Source of the DNA: Pseudomonadota bacterium
GTDB taxonomy: Bacteria; Pseudomonadota; Alphaproteobacteria; Caulobacterales; Caulobacteraceae
Assembly (NCBI GenBank): GCA_018241335.1
Contig: JAFEEA010000001.1
Span: forward strand, 746 to 64,745
Direction of reading: 5' to 3'
DNA: 64,000 nucleotides
Position 1 is the first letter of the stretch, and the number at the start of each line of letters is the position of its first letter. Both the position numbers and the translations under genes were made by a program. The notes under the pieces were generated by a model. It was given only the letters and a program-made list of their open reading frames with translations, ran no database searches and was not told the origin of the DNA. Positions 29,123 through 36,834 of this stretch are shown in pieces.

Positions 29123-32100
29123 TCACCAGGCGTCCACGAAGCGCCGGCGGGGCGCGTGGCGGGGCCGGCAGGTCTTCAGGCCCTGGGCGATCCACTGACG
29201 GGTGTCGGCCGGGTCGATGACCGCGTCGATCTCCAGCATCGATGCGACGTTGATGGCCTTGCCGACGGCGTAGAGGTTGCCCAGCAGTTTGTCGAACAGG
29301 GCCTTCTGGGCCGCCGGGTCGGTCTGGGCCGCCAGCTCCTTGGAGTAGCCCAGGCGCACCGCCCCCTCCAGGCCCATGCCCCCGAACTCGCCCGTCGGCC
29401 AGGCGGCGCAGAAGGTCGGGGCCAGGGTCGAGCCGCCCGCCATGGCCTGGGCGCCCAGGCCATAGGCCTTGCGCAGCACCACCGAGAACATCGGCGTGCC
29501 CAGCCGCGCGCCATTGATGAAGAAGCGGCTGGTCTTGCGCACCGCCGCCGCCGCCTCGCTGTCAGGGCCGACCATGAACCCGGGGGTGTCGATCAGCGAC
29601 AGCACCGGCAGGTCATAGGCGTCGGCCAGCTGCATGGCCCGCGCGCCCTTGTCCGAGCCGTCGCAGTCCACCGCTCCGCCCAGGTGCCGGGGGTCGTTGG
29701 CGATCAGCACCATCGGCCGGCCCTCGATGCGGATCAGGCCCGTGATCAGGCCGGGCGCGAACTCGCGCCGCAGTTCCAGGAACGAGCCTTCGTCCACCAG
29801 GGTCTCGATCACGGCGCGCACGTCGTAGACCCGCAGCCGGTTCTCCGGCACCGCGCGGCGAAGCTGGCGCTGGTCGGCGGCGATCCAGGTCGGCAGGGCG
29901 CCCTGGAAATAGGACAGGGCCTGCTTGGCCAGCACCGTGCCGTGCGCCTCGTCGTCGGCGACCACGTCGACCACGCCGTTGGCGGCCTGCTCGGCCACGG
30001 GGCCGATCTGCTCGGGGGTGAAGACCCCCAGGCCCCCGCCCTCGATCATGGCCGGGCCGCCCATGCCGATGTTGGCGCCCTTGGTGACGATCAGGATCTC
30101 GCTCATCCCGGCGAAGGAGGCGTTGCCGGCGAAGCAGCGGCCCGAGACCACGGCGATCTTCGGCACCACGCCCGCCAGGCGCGCATAGGCCTTGAAGCTG
30201 GGCGTCGCCAAGCCCGAGGCGCCGCCGCCGTCGGTGTCGCCGGGCCGGCCGCCGCCGCCCTCGGCGTACCAGACCACCGGCAGCTCCTCCTGCTCGACGA
30301 TCTCCAGCAGGCGGTCGGTCTTGCGATGGTTCATGCCGCCTTGGGTGCCCGCTAGCACGGTGAAGTCGTAGGCCAGGGCCGCGCAGCGCGCCTTCTCCGG
30401 CCCGAACAGGGCGCCGTTCACCTGGCCGACGCCGCAGACGAGGCCGTCCGCCGGGCTGATCTTCATCAGGTGGTCGATGGGGTGGCGCCGGCGCTGGGCG
30501 GCCAGGGCGAACGCGCCGTATTCCAGGAAGGTGCCGGGATCGACCAGGTCGTCGATGTTCTCGCGCACGGTGCGTTGGTTGCGCGACCGGCGCCGCGCGA
30601 CCGCCTCGGGCCGGGCCTCGTCGCGGGTGATGCGCCAGCGCTCCAGCGCCTCGGCCAGGTCGGGGCGGATGAAGTCCAGGTCGACCTCTTCCTCGGCGTG
30701 GTCCGCCTGGCCCTCGACGTCCTCGGGGGCGATGAAAAGGATCGGCTGGCCTTTCAGCAGCACATCGCCCTTGGCGGCGGCGATGCGGGCCACGCGGCCG
30801 CCGACGTCGGCTGCCACCACGTGCTCCATCTTCATGGCTTCCAGAATGGCGACGGCCTGACCCGGGCGCACCAGGTCGCCCTCGGCGACGTCGATGGAGC
30901 CGACGGTGGCCTGCAGCGGCGCGCCCAGGGGCTCGGCCCCGTCGACGGTCTCGACCGGGCGGACGGTCGCGGCGGCGGTGGCCGGCGCGGCGTCGCCGGA
31001 GAAGGTGCGATCCTCCAGCGCCGCGGCCGCCTTGAGCAGGTCGCCGGCGTAGGCCTCGATGAAGCCGGTGGTGGCCTTGCCGGCCAGCACCTCGGGCTCG
31101 GCCAGGACCGCGCGCAGCAGGCCGATGTTGGTGTCGGCGCCCTCGATGCGGAATTCGGCCAGGGCGCGCGCGGTGCGGGCCGCCGCCTCGGCCAGGGTTG
31201 GGGCCCGGGCGACGACCTTGGCCAGCAGGCTGTCGTAGTTGGGACTGGTCAGGTAGCCGGCATAGCCGTAGCCGTCGACGCGCACCCCGGGCCCCGACGG
31301 CGGCTCGTAGGCGCTCAGGAGGCCGCCGCTGGGCAGGGCCTCGCCGCCCTCGGTCAGAGTCTCCAGGTTGACCCGCGCCTGGATCGCATAGCCCTGGGGC
31401 CGGGGCGTCTCGCCGAGGCCCAGGCCCGCCAGGCTGGCGCCCGCCGCCAGGCGGATCTGCGCCTTGACCAGGTCCACGCCGGTGACCTCTTCCGTGATCG
31501 TATGCTCCACCTGCAGCCGCGCATTGGCCTCGATGAAGGCGAACTCGCCGGCCTCGGCGTCGACCAGGAACTCGATCGTGCCCAAGGTGCGATAGCGGAC
31601 GGCGGCGGCGAGGGTGGCGGCGGCGTCGTGCAGGCGCGCGCGCAGGGCCTCGCTGAGGTTGGGGGCCGGGGCGATCTCGACGATCTTCTGGTGGCGGCGC
31701 TGCAGGCTGCAGTCGCGTTCGCCCAGGGCCAGCACGCCCGTGCGGTCGCCGGCGATCTGCACCTCGATGTGCCTAGCCCGCTCGATGAACCGCTCGCCAT
31801 AGAGCGACCCGTCGCCGAACGCGGCCTCGGCCTCGCGCGAGGCGGCGGCGAAGGCGGCCTCGATCTCGTCGGCCTTGCGCACCACGCGCATGCCGCGCCC
31901 GCCGCCGCCGGCGACGGCCTTGATCATCAGGGCCGAGCCCCTGGGCAGGCCGGCCAGGAATTGGGCCAGCTCGCCGGGGCCGACCCCGCCAGGCGTGCCC
32001 TCGATCACCGGCACCCCTTTCTTGGCCGCCAGGACGCGGGCCTTGGCCTTGTCGCCGAAGGCTTCCAGGGCGTCAGGGGCTGGGCCGATGAAGGTCAGGC

Positions 32101-32395
32101 CGGCGGCGGCGCAGGCGCGGGCGAAGGCGGCGTTCTCGGACAGGAAGCCATAGCCGGGGTGGATCGCCTCGGCGCCGGCCTCGCGGGCGGCGGCGATCAC
32201 CGCCTCGATGTCCAGGTAGGCCCGGGCGCCACTGCCCAAGAGCGCCACCGCCAGGTCGCCCGCCTTGACGTGCAGCGAACGGGCGTCGTCCGCCGAATGG
32301 ATCATCACGGTCCGCAGGCCCAGTTCCCCCGCCGCCCGCGCGACGCGAATGGCGATTTCGCCGCGGTTGGCGACCAGCACGCTCGAAAAGGACAT
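29123..32395 (-). CDS. Single-chain biotin-dependent acyl-CoA carboxylase (BC-BCCP-CT)
   Basis: VLVANRGEIA, IHPGYGFLSEN, RDCSLQRRHQK, biotin motif EAMKME, CT motifs GGGGRPGD and LRKAYG. Confidence 0.93.
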   Translation of the reverse strand: MSFSSVLVANRGEIAIRVARAAGELGLRTVMIHSADDARSLHVKAGDLAVALLGSGARAYLDIEAVIAAAREAGAEAIHPGYGFLSENAAFARACAAAGLTFIGPAPDALEAFGDKAKARVLAAKKGVPVIEGTPGGVGPGELAQFLAGLPRGSALMIKAVAGGGGRGMRVVRKADEIEAAFAAASREAEAAFGDGSLYGERFIERARHIEVQIAGDRTGVLALGERDCSLQRRHQKIVEIAPAPNLSEALRARLHDAAATLAAAVRYRTLGTIEFLVDAEAGEFAFIEANARLQVEHTITEEVTGVDLVKAQIRLAAGASLAGLGLGETPRPQGYAIQARVNLETLTEGGEALPSGGLLSAYEPPSGPGVRVDGYGYAGYLTSPNYDSLLAKVVARAPTLAEAAARTARALAEFRIEGADTNIGLLRAVLAEPEVLAGKATTGFIEAYAGDLLKAAAALEDRTFSGDAAPATAAATVRPVETVDGAEPLGAPLQATVGSIDVAEGDLVRPGQAVAILEAMKMEHVVAADVGGRVARIAAAKGDVLLKGQPILFIAPEDVEGQADHAEEEVDLDFIRPDLAEALERWRITRDEARPEAVARRRSRNQRTVRENIDDLVDPGTFLEYGAFALAAQRRRHPIDHLMKISPADGLVCGVGQVNGALFGPEKARCAALAYDFTVLAGTQGGMNHRKTDRLLEIVEQEELPVVWYAEGGGGRPGDTDGGGASGLATPSFKAYARLAGVVPKIAVVSGRCFAGNASFAGMSEILIVTKGANIGMGGPAMIEGGGLGVFTPEQIGPVAEQAANGVVDVVADDEAHGTVLAKQALSYFQGALPTWIAADQRQLRRAVPENRLRVYDVRAVIETLVDEGSFLELRREFAPGLITGLIRIEGRPMVLIANDPRHLGGAVDCDGSDKGARAMQLADAYDLPVLSLIDTPGFMVGPDSEAAAAVRKTSRFFINGARLGTPMFSVVLRKAYGLGAQAMAGGSTLAPTFCAAWPTGEFGGMGLEGAVRLGYSKELAAQTDPAAQKALFDKLLGNLYAVGKAINVASMLEIDAVIDPADTRQWIAQGLKTCRPRHAPRRRFVDAW

Positions 32396-32493
32396 GCGTT
32401 CCCCGAAGTGATCCGAACAGTTGTTGGGCGCCAACATAGAGGCGTCGTCCGGCATTGGAACGCCTGATGCGCCGGACAGGTCAGCTTCTTCCC

Positions 32494-33435
32494 CTATCCG
32501 GGCAGGGCGCGCAGGTGGGCGACCAGATGCTGGCGAAAGGCGTCGGTCAGGAAGGCGCTGTGGCCGGCGTCGGGCAGCCGTTCGAAGGCGACCACGGGCG
32601 CATGAAGCCCGTCAGCGTAGGCCTTCACCTCGGACGTGGCCGTGCGCAGGTCATCCTCGCCCTGCAGGAAGATCATCGGGATCGCGAAGTCCGGCCCCAG
32701 GTCGGCGGCGTCGAAGGCGGCGAACAGCGGCCTCAGGCGCGTGAAGGCGGCCATGGCCACGGCGCGCGCGTCGTCTCCCTGGCGGGCGGCCAGGCGCGGC
32801 GCGATCGCCTGGAACGACGCCGCTTCGGACGCGGTCATGGCGTTGGCGTACTGTCCGGCGAGAGCCTCGTCGGCGAGGTCGGCCCAAGGCGGTGGGCCGA
32901 TGCGCTTTAGCGCCGCCAGAGCCTCGGCGTCGCCGGCGGCCTCGGCGCGGGCCAGGACGGCGGCGTAGGCCAGGGCCTCCTGGCGCGCCCAGTTCGCCAC
33001 CTGGCCGGTCCCCACATAGGCCGACACCAGGTCCGGCCGCGCCTTGGCGAGCTTCAGCCCGACGATGGAGCCTCCCGAGATTCCCAGCACCGCCAGGCCG
33101 CGCGCGCCCAGCCGCGCCAGCGCCGCCTCGGCGGCGAGGGCCGCGTCCCGGGCCAGGCGATCGAATTCATAGATGTCGGGCGCGCCGTGGCGATCGAAGG
33201 TGGCGCCGGCGTGGGGCTGGTCCCAGTTGACGACGGTGAGATCGGCCTCCCAGGTCTCGAAGATCGGCGCCATGGCGCTGAAGGCGACGCCGGGGCCGGA
33301 CAGGACCAGGACGGCGGGATTGGCGACGTTCGCGCCGCGCAGGCTCAACCACTGGGCCTCGCCGGCGATGTCGACGAAGCCGGCGACATCGATGGCGCGC
33401 GCGCCGTCGTTCGCCCCGGAGATGGGGTCGCTCAT
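32494..33435 (-). CDS. Alpha/beta hydrolase (proline iminopeptidase-like)
   Basis: WDQPHAG, nucleophile elbow GISGG, GEDD, AGH. Confidence 0.8.
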   Translation of the reverse strand: MSDPISGANDGARAIDVAGFVDIAGEAQWLSLRGANVANPAVLVLSGPGVAFSAMAPIFETWEADLTVVNWDQPHAGATFDRHGAPDIYEFDRLARDAALAAEAALARLGARGLAVLGISGGSIVGLKLAKARPDLVSAYVGTGQVANWARQEALAYAAVLARAEAAGDAEALAALKRIGPPPWADLADEALAGQYANAMTASEAASFQAIAPRLAARQGDDARAVAMAAFTRLRPLFAAFDAADLGPDFAIPMIFLQGEDDLRTATSEVKAYADGLHAPVVAFERLPDAGHSAFLTDAFRQHLVAHLRALPG

Positions 33436-33477
33436 GGGTCTTCTCCTCGATGAAGTGTCCGCCAGCCCGCGGCCAGG

Positions 33478-33507
33478 AAAAACCCCCGCCGGCGGGGCCG
33501 ACGGGGG
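33478..33507 (-). terminator. Rho-independent terminator of the repeat-miniprotein gene
   Basis: Minus strand CCCCCGTCGGC-CCC-GCCGGCGGGGG-TTTTT. Confidence 0.7.
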
Positions 33508-33557
33508 TCTGGGAAACAGGTTCGCCCCCGCACCGGGGGAGTGTCAAGCCGCGCCGA

Positions 33558-33902
33558 TCAGGCCGGCTTGGCGCCCGGCGTTCCGCACTTGGCGAACTTG
33601 CCCTTGGCGTCGCGGCAGCGGGTGGCGGACGCCGCGGCGGGCGCGGGCGGGCACTTGATGAACTTGCCCTTGGCGTCCTTGCAGCGGGTCGTGGCCGCGG
33701 CCGCAGCTGGCGTCGCGGCAGGCTTGGCGGTCGCCGCGGCGACGGGCTTGGCTGCTGCGGCCGGCTTGGCGGCGGTCGCGGCGGCGGCGGGCGGGCACTT
33801 GATGAACTTGCCCTTGGCGTCCTTGCAGGCGGCCGCGGAGGCGGAGCCGGCGGCGAGGGTGAAGGCGAGCGCGAGGCTCGCGGCGGCGATCCAGGAACGC
33901 AT
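33558..33902 (-). CDS. Small exported protein with three C[KR]DAKGKF[IA]KC repeats
   Basis: 114 aa; Sec-type signal MRSWIAAASLALAFTLAAGSASA; GGAG RBS; Ala/Pro/Lys linkers. Confidence 0.85.
   Translation of the reverse strand: MRSWIAAASLALAFTLAAGSASAAACKDAKGKFIKCPPAAAATAAKPAAAAKPVAAATAKPAATPAAAAATTRCKDAKGKFIKCPPAPAAASATRCRDAKGKFAKCGTPGAKPA
33643..33828. repeat. 42-nt exact direct repeat inside the miniprotein gene
   Basis: 33643-33684 is identical to 33787-33828; a third diverged copy lies near 33586-33620. Confidence 0.9.
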
Positions 33903-34103
33903 GGTCTGTCTCCATTCCGATGAAGGGTTTGGGCGCAAGCAAAGGCGGCCGCCCAGGCAGTGGCGGCGGTCATGATGCGCCCGCGGGTCGGCGCTGGACG
34001 AAGACGATAGATGCAACATGCGCCCGAGCCTTCTGAAAAAGCCGACACATCCGCTCTAAGGCGCCTGTTCGAATAAGTATTGGCAAAATTTGAAAATCGA
34101 ATT

Positions 34104-34118
34104 GTTCTTAATTTGTTC
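34104..34118 (-). promoter_or_regulatory. Second LexA box, apparently on a leftward promoter
   Basis: GTTC-TTAATTT-GTTC. On the minus strand it reads TAGAACAAATTAAGAAC, the same layout as the imuA promoter (TAGAACAAAAATGGAAC). Confidence 0.75.
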
Positions 34119-34149
34119 TAGATCGCTACCGGTGTGACTGAACAAGCGT

Positions 34150-34285
34150 CACCTCAACGTTCGAGGATTTCGGTGTTTGAGGTGCAGCCCGCGGATTGAT
34201 TTCCGCATACCCAGGGTTGTCGGTTCGAGACTTGGGGTCTGCCTTCCGTATCGGCGAGCGTTTCAGCGATGGATACGCAGATGGC
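34150..34285. ncRNA. Candidate structured RNA between the two LexA boxes
   Basis: Four successive stems: CACCTCAA/TTGAGGTG, GCGGA/TCCGC, CCCAG/TTGGG, CGTATC/GATACG. No convincing ORF; no family recognised. Confidence 0.25.
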
Positions 34286-34315
34286 GAGGGAGAGCCGGCC
34301 GGGGTGCGGCGGCGC

Positions 34316-34354
34316 TTGACTCTCTCGAACTCCGGAATAGAACAAAAATGGAAC
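34316..34354 (+). promoter_or_regulatory. imuA promoter with LexA box
   Basis: TTGACT(34316)-N16-TAGAAC(34338); GAAC-AAAAATG-GAAC at 34340-34354 overlaps the -10. Confidence 0.88.
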
Positions 34355-34373
34355 AAAAGGAGTCCATCGGTTC

Positions 34374-35168
34374 ATGCCTCGCCCGGCCCCATCCAAGGCC
34401 GATCGCCTGAAGGCCGTCCGGGCCCGGATCGCCGCCATCGAGGCGGGCGGGACGGGGGCGTTCGGTGTGCTCCCGTTCGGGGATGCGCGCATCGACGCGG
34501 CCTTTCCCGCCGGCGGCCTGCCCCTGGGGCGCTGGCACGAGACGGTGGGCGAGGGATTGGAGGCCGAGACCGGGGCGGTGGCGACAGCCTTCACCGCCGC
34601 GCTGATTTCGCCCCTGGCCCAGCGCGGGGCGGTGGTGTGGGTCATGCGCCGCGACGATCTCTACGCTCCGGGGCTCGCCGGGCTGGGTTTTCCGGCCGAG
34701 CGGCTGATCCAGGTGCTGGCCCGCGACGAGGCCGAAGCTCTGTCGGCCCTGGAGGACGCCCTGGGAACCGCCGGGGTCGCCGCCGCGGTGTGCGAGGCCG
34801 AGGGCGCGGACCTGACCGCTGGACGGCGGCTGCAACTGGCCTGCGAGCGGCATGGCGCCACCGGCGTCCTGATCCGCCGCCGACCCTTCGGCGGCCCGGC
34901 GCGGGGGGCGGGGCCGGCGGGAGCGCTGTCCGGATCGCTGTGCGCCACCCGCTGGCGGGTCGCCTCCGCTCCCAGCGAGCCGGAGGCCGGCGCGCCGGCG
35001 AGCTTGCTGGGCCCGCCGCGTTGGCTTGTGGCGCTGGAACGCTGCCGGGGCGGGCGCACGGGGGAATGGCTGATGGAGAAGAACGATGGCGCGCATCCTT
35101 TGCGTCTGGTCGCCGATCTGGGCGATCGCGAACTGGCGCCGGCGCAACCCGTCCGCCTTGTTGGATAG
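34374..35168 (+). CDS. imuA: SOS mutagenesis protein ImuA
   Basis: LPFGDARID, GGLPLGRWHE, LYAPGL, RRLQLA, ERCRGG; upstream of imuB. Confidence 0.92.
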   Translation: MPRPAPSKADRLKAVRARIAAIEAGGTGAFGVLPFGDARIDAAFPAGGLPLGRWHETVGEGLEAETGAVATAFTAALISPLAQRGAVVWVMRRDDLYAPGLAGLGFPAERLIQVLARDEAEALSALEDALGTAGVAAAVCEAEGADLTAGRRLQLACERHGATGVLIRRRPFGGPARGAGPAGALSGSLCATRWRVASAPSEPEAGAPASLLGPPRWLVALERCRGGRTGEWLMEKNDGAHPLRLVADLGDRELAPAQPVRLVG

Positions 35169-36666
35169 CGCCTCGCCGGCTGAACCCGCGCAACCCCTGG
35201 TCCTGCTCACGACCGAGCGGGGCGTGCGCCGGCTGGCGGCGGTGGACGAGGCGGCCGCGGCCCAGGGGCTGTTCGCCGGTCAGAAGGCCACCGACGCCGC
35301 CGCCCTGGCGCCCGACCTCGTCACCGCCGACGCCGAGCCGGCGGCGGACGCCGCGGCCCTCACCGCGCTGGCCGACTGGTGCGTGCGCTTCTCGCCGGCG
35401 GTGGCGTTGGACCTGCCCGACGGCCTCTTCCTGGACATCACCGGCGTCGACCACCTGTGGGGCGGCGAAGCGGCGATGCTGAAGGACCTTTGTCAGCGCC
35501 TGGCCTGGAACGGGCTGCCGGTGCGTGCGGCGGTGGCCGACACTCCCGGCGCCGCCTGGGCCCTGGCCCATTTCACCGAGACCGGGACCATCGCCCCGCC
35601 CGGCAAGGCCTGGCCCCTGCTGGCGCCCCTGCCGGTGCAGGCCCTGCGCCTGTCCCCGCCCGCCGCCGCCCAGATCGCCCGCCTGGGCCTGATCACCGTG
35701 GAGCGCCTGGCCCGGTTGCCGCGCGACCAGCTGACCCGCCGCTTCGGACGCGAGGTGGTGCTGCGCCTGGACCAGGCCCTGGGCCGCGCCGAGGAGGCCC
35801 TGGCCTTCCGCCGCCCGCCGACCCCCTGGTTCGCGCGCCTGGCCTTCGCCGAGCCGATCAGCGCGCCGGAAGACCTGGCCCGGGTCAGCCGGGACGTCGC
35901 CGACCAGCTCTGCGCGCGCCTGGACGCCGAGGGCCAGGGCGCGCGGCGCTTCGAGTTGGCCTTCCACCGGCTGGACGGCAAGGCCCAGCGCCTGGGCGTC
36001 GGCCTCTCCCTGCCGGGGCGCGAGGCGGCGCGGATCGCGCGGCTGTTCGCGCCGATGCTGGAGACGGTGGACCCCGGCTTCGGCCTGGAGGCGGTGACCC
36101 TGGCCGCCAGCGAAATCGAACCCCTGTCGGCGCGCCAGCAGCGCCTGGACGCGGGCCGCGAGATCGCCCCCGAAGAGGGCCTGGCCCCCCTGGCCGACCG
36201 CCTTTCCAACCGCCTGGGCGAGGGCCGCGTCTGGCGCGCCGAACCCTTTCCCAGCCACGTTCCCGAACGCGCCGTCGAGCGCCGGCCGCCGCTTTCCCCG
36301 CCGTCGCCTTCATCCCCTGCGACACCGGATGCGGGCGCCGGCGGCTGGGATCCCGACCGGCCGCGCCCGGTGCGCCTGTTCCGGCGGCCGGAACCTATCG
36401 AGGACGTCCTGGCCCCAGTGCCGGACGACCCGCCCCGGCGCTTTCGCTGGCGTGGCCGCATGCACCGGGTGACGCGCGCTGAGGGGCCCGAGCGCCTGGC
36501 CGAGGAATGGTGGCGCCTGGCCGATTTCGACGAGGTCGAGACCAGCCACGTGCGCGACTACTACCGGGTCGAGGACGAGGCCGGCGCCCGCTTCTGGATC
36601 TTCCGCGCCGGCCTCTATAGCGCCGAGACGCCGGCGCGCTGGTGGCTGCATGGCCTGTTTGGGTGA
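35086..36666 (+). CDS. imuB: Y-family polymerase-like ImuB
   Basis: RFSPAVALD, GLFLDITG, AVADTPGAAWALA, GPERLAEEWW, RDYYRVED, WWLHGLFG. Confidence 0.93.
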   Translation: MARILCVWSPIWAIANWRRRNPSALLDSASPAEPAQPLVLLTTERGVRRLAAVDEAAAAQGLFAGQKATDAAALAPDLVTADAEPAADAAALTALADWCVRFSPAVALDLPDGLFLDITGVDHLWGGEAAMLKDLCQRLAWNGLPVRAAVADTPGAAWALAHFTETGTIAPPGKAWPLLAPLPVQALRLSPPAAAQIARLGLITVERLARLPRDQLTRRFGREVVLRLDQALGRAEEALAFRRPPTPWFARLAFAEPISAPEDLARVSRDVADQLCARLDAEGQGARRFELAFHRLDGKAQRLGVGLSLPGREAARIARLFAPMLETVDPGFGLEAVTLAASEIEPLSARQQRLDAGREIAPEEGLAPLADRLSNRLGEGRVWRAEPFPSHVPERAVERRPPLSPPSPSSPATPDAGAGGWDPDRPRPVRLFRRPEPIEDVLAPVPDDPPRRFRWRGRMHRVTRAEGPERLAEEWWRLADFDEVETSHVRDYYRVEDEAGARFWIFRAGLYSAETPARWWLHGLFG

Positions 36667-36678
36667 GGGGCCAAGCGC

Positions 36679-36830
36679 CTCCCTCCCCTTCATGGGGAGG
36701 GACGGCCCGCGAAGCGGGCAGGGTGGGGAAGTCCGCCGCTTCCACGCCCTAGGTTTCAAGTGCGCCGGTGGGCTTGGCTGGTCTTCCCCACCCGGCCCTT
36801 CGGGCCACCCTCCCCATGAAGGGGAGGGAG
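36679..36830. repeat. Composite palindromic element (family A) between imuB and dnaE2
   Basis: Arms 36679-36731 and 36783-36830 are inverted copies, each with CCCTCCCC-N5-GGGGAGGG and a second internal hairpin. Confidence 0.85.
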
Positions 36831-36834
36831 GATA

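Noticed and set aside
34215-34236. GGTTCGA suggesting a tRNA T-arm
   Set aside because: No 5-bp T-stem, D-arm, anticodon arm or acceptor stem can be built.
34126-34356. 76-aa minus-strand ORF upstream of imuA
   Set aside because: Overlaps the imuA promoter and LexA box, has no RBS or recognisable composition; probably spurious.
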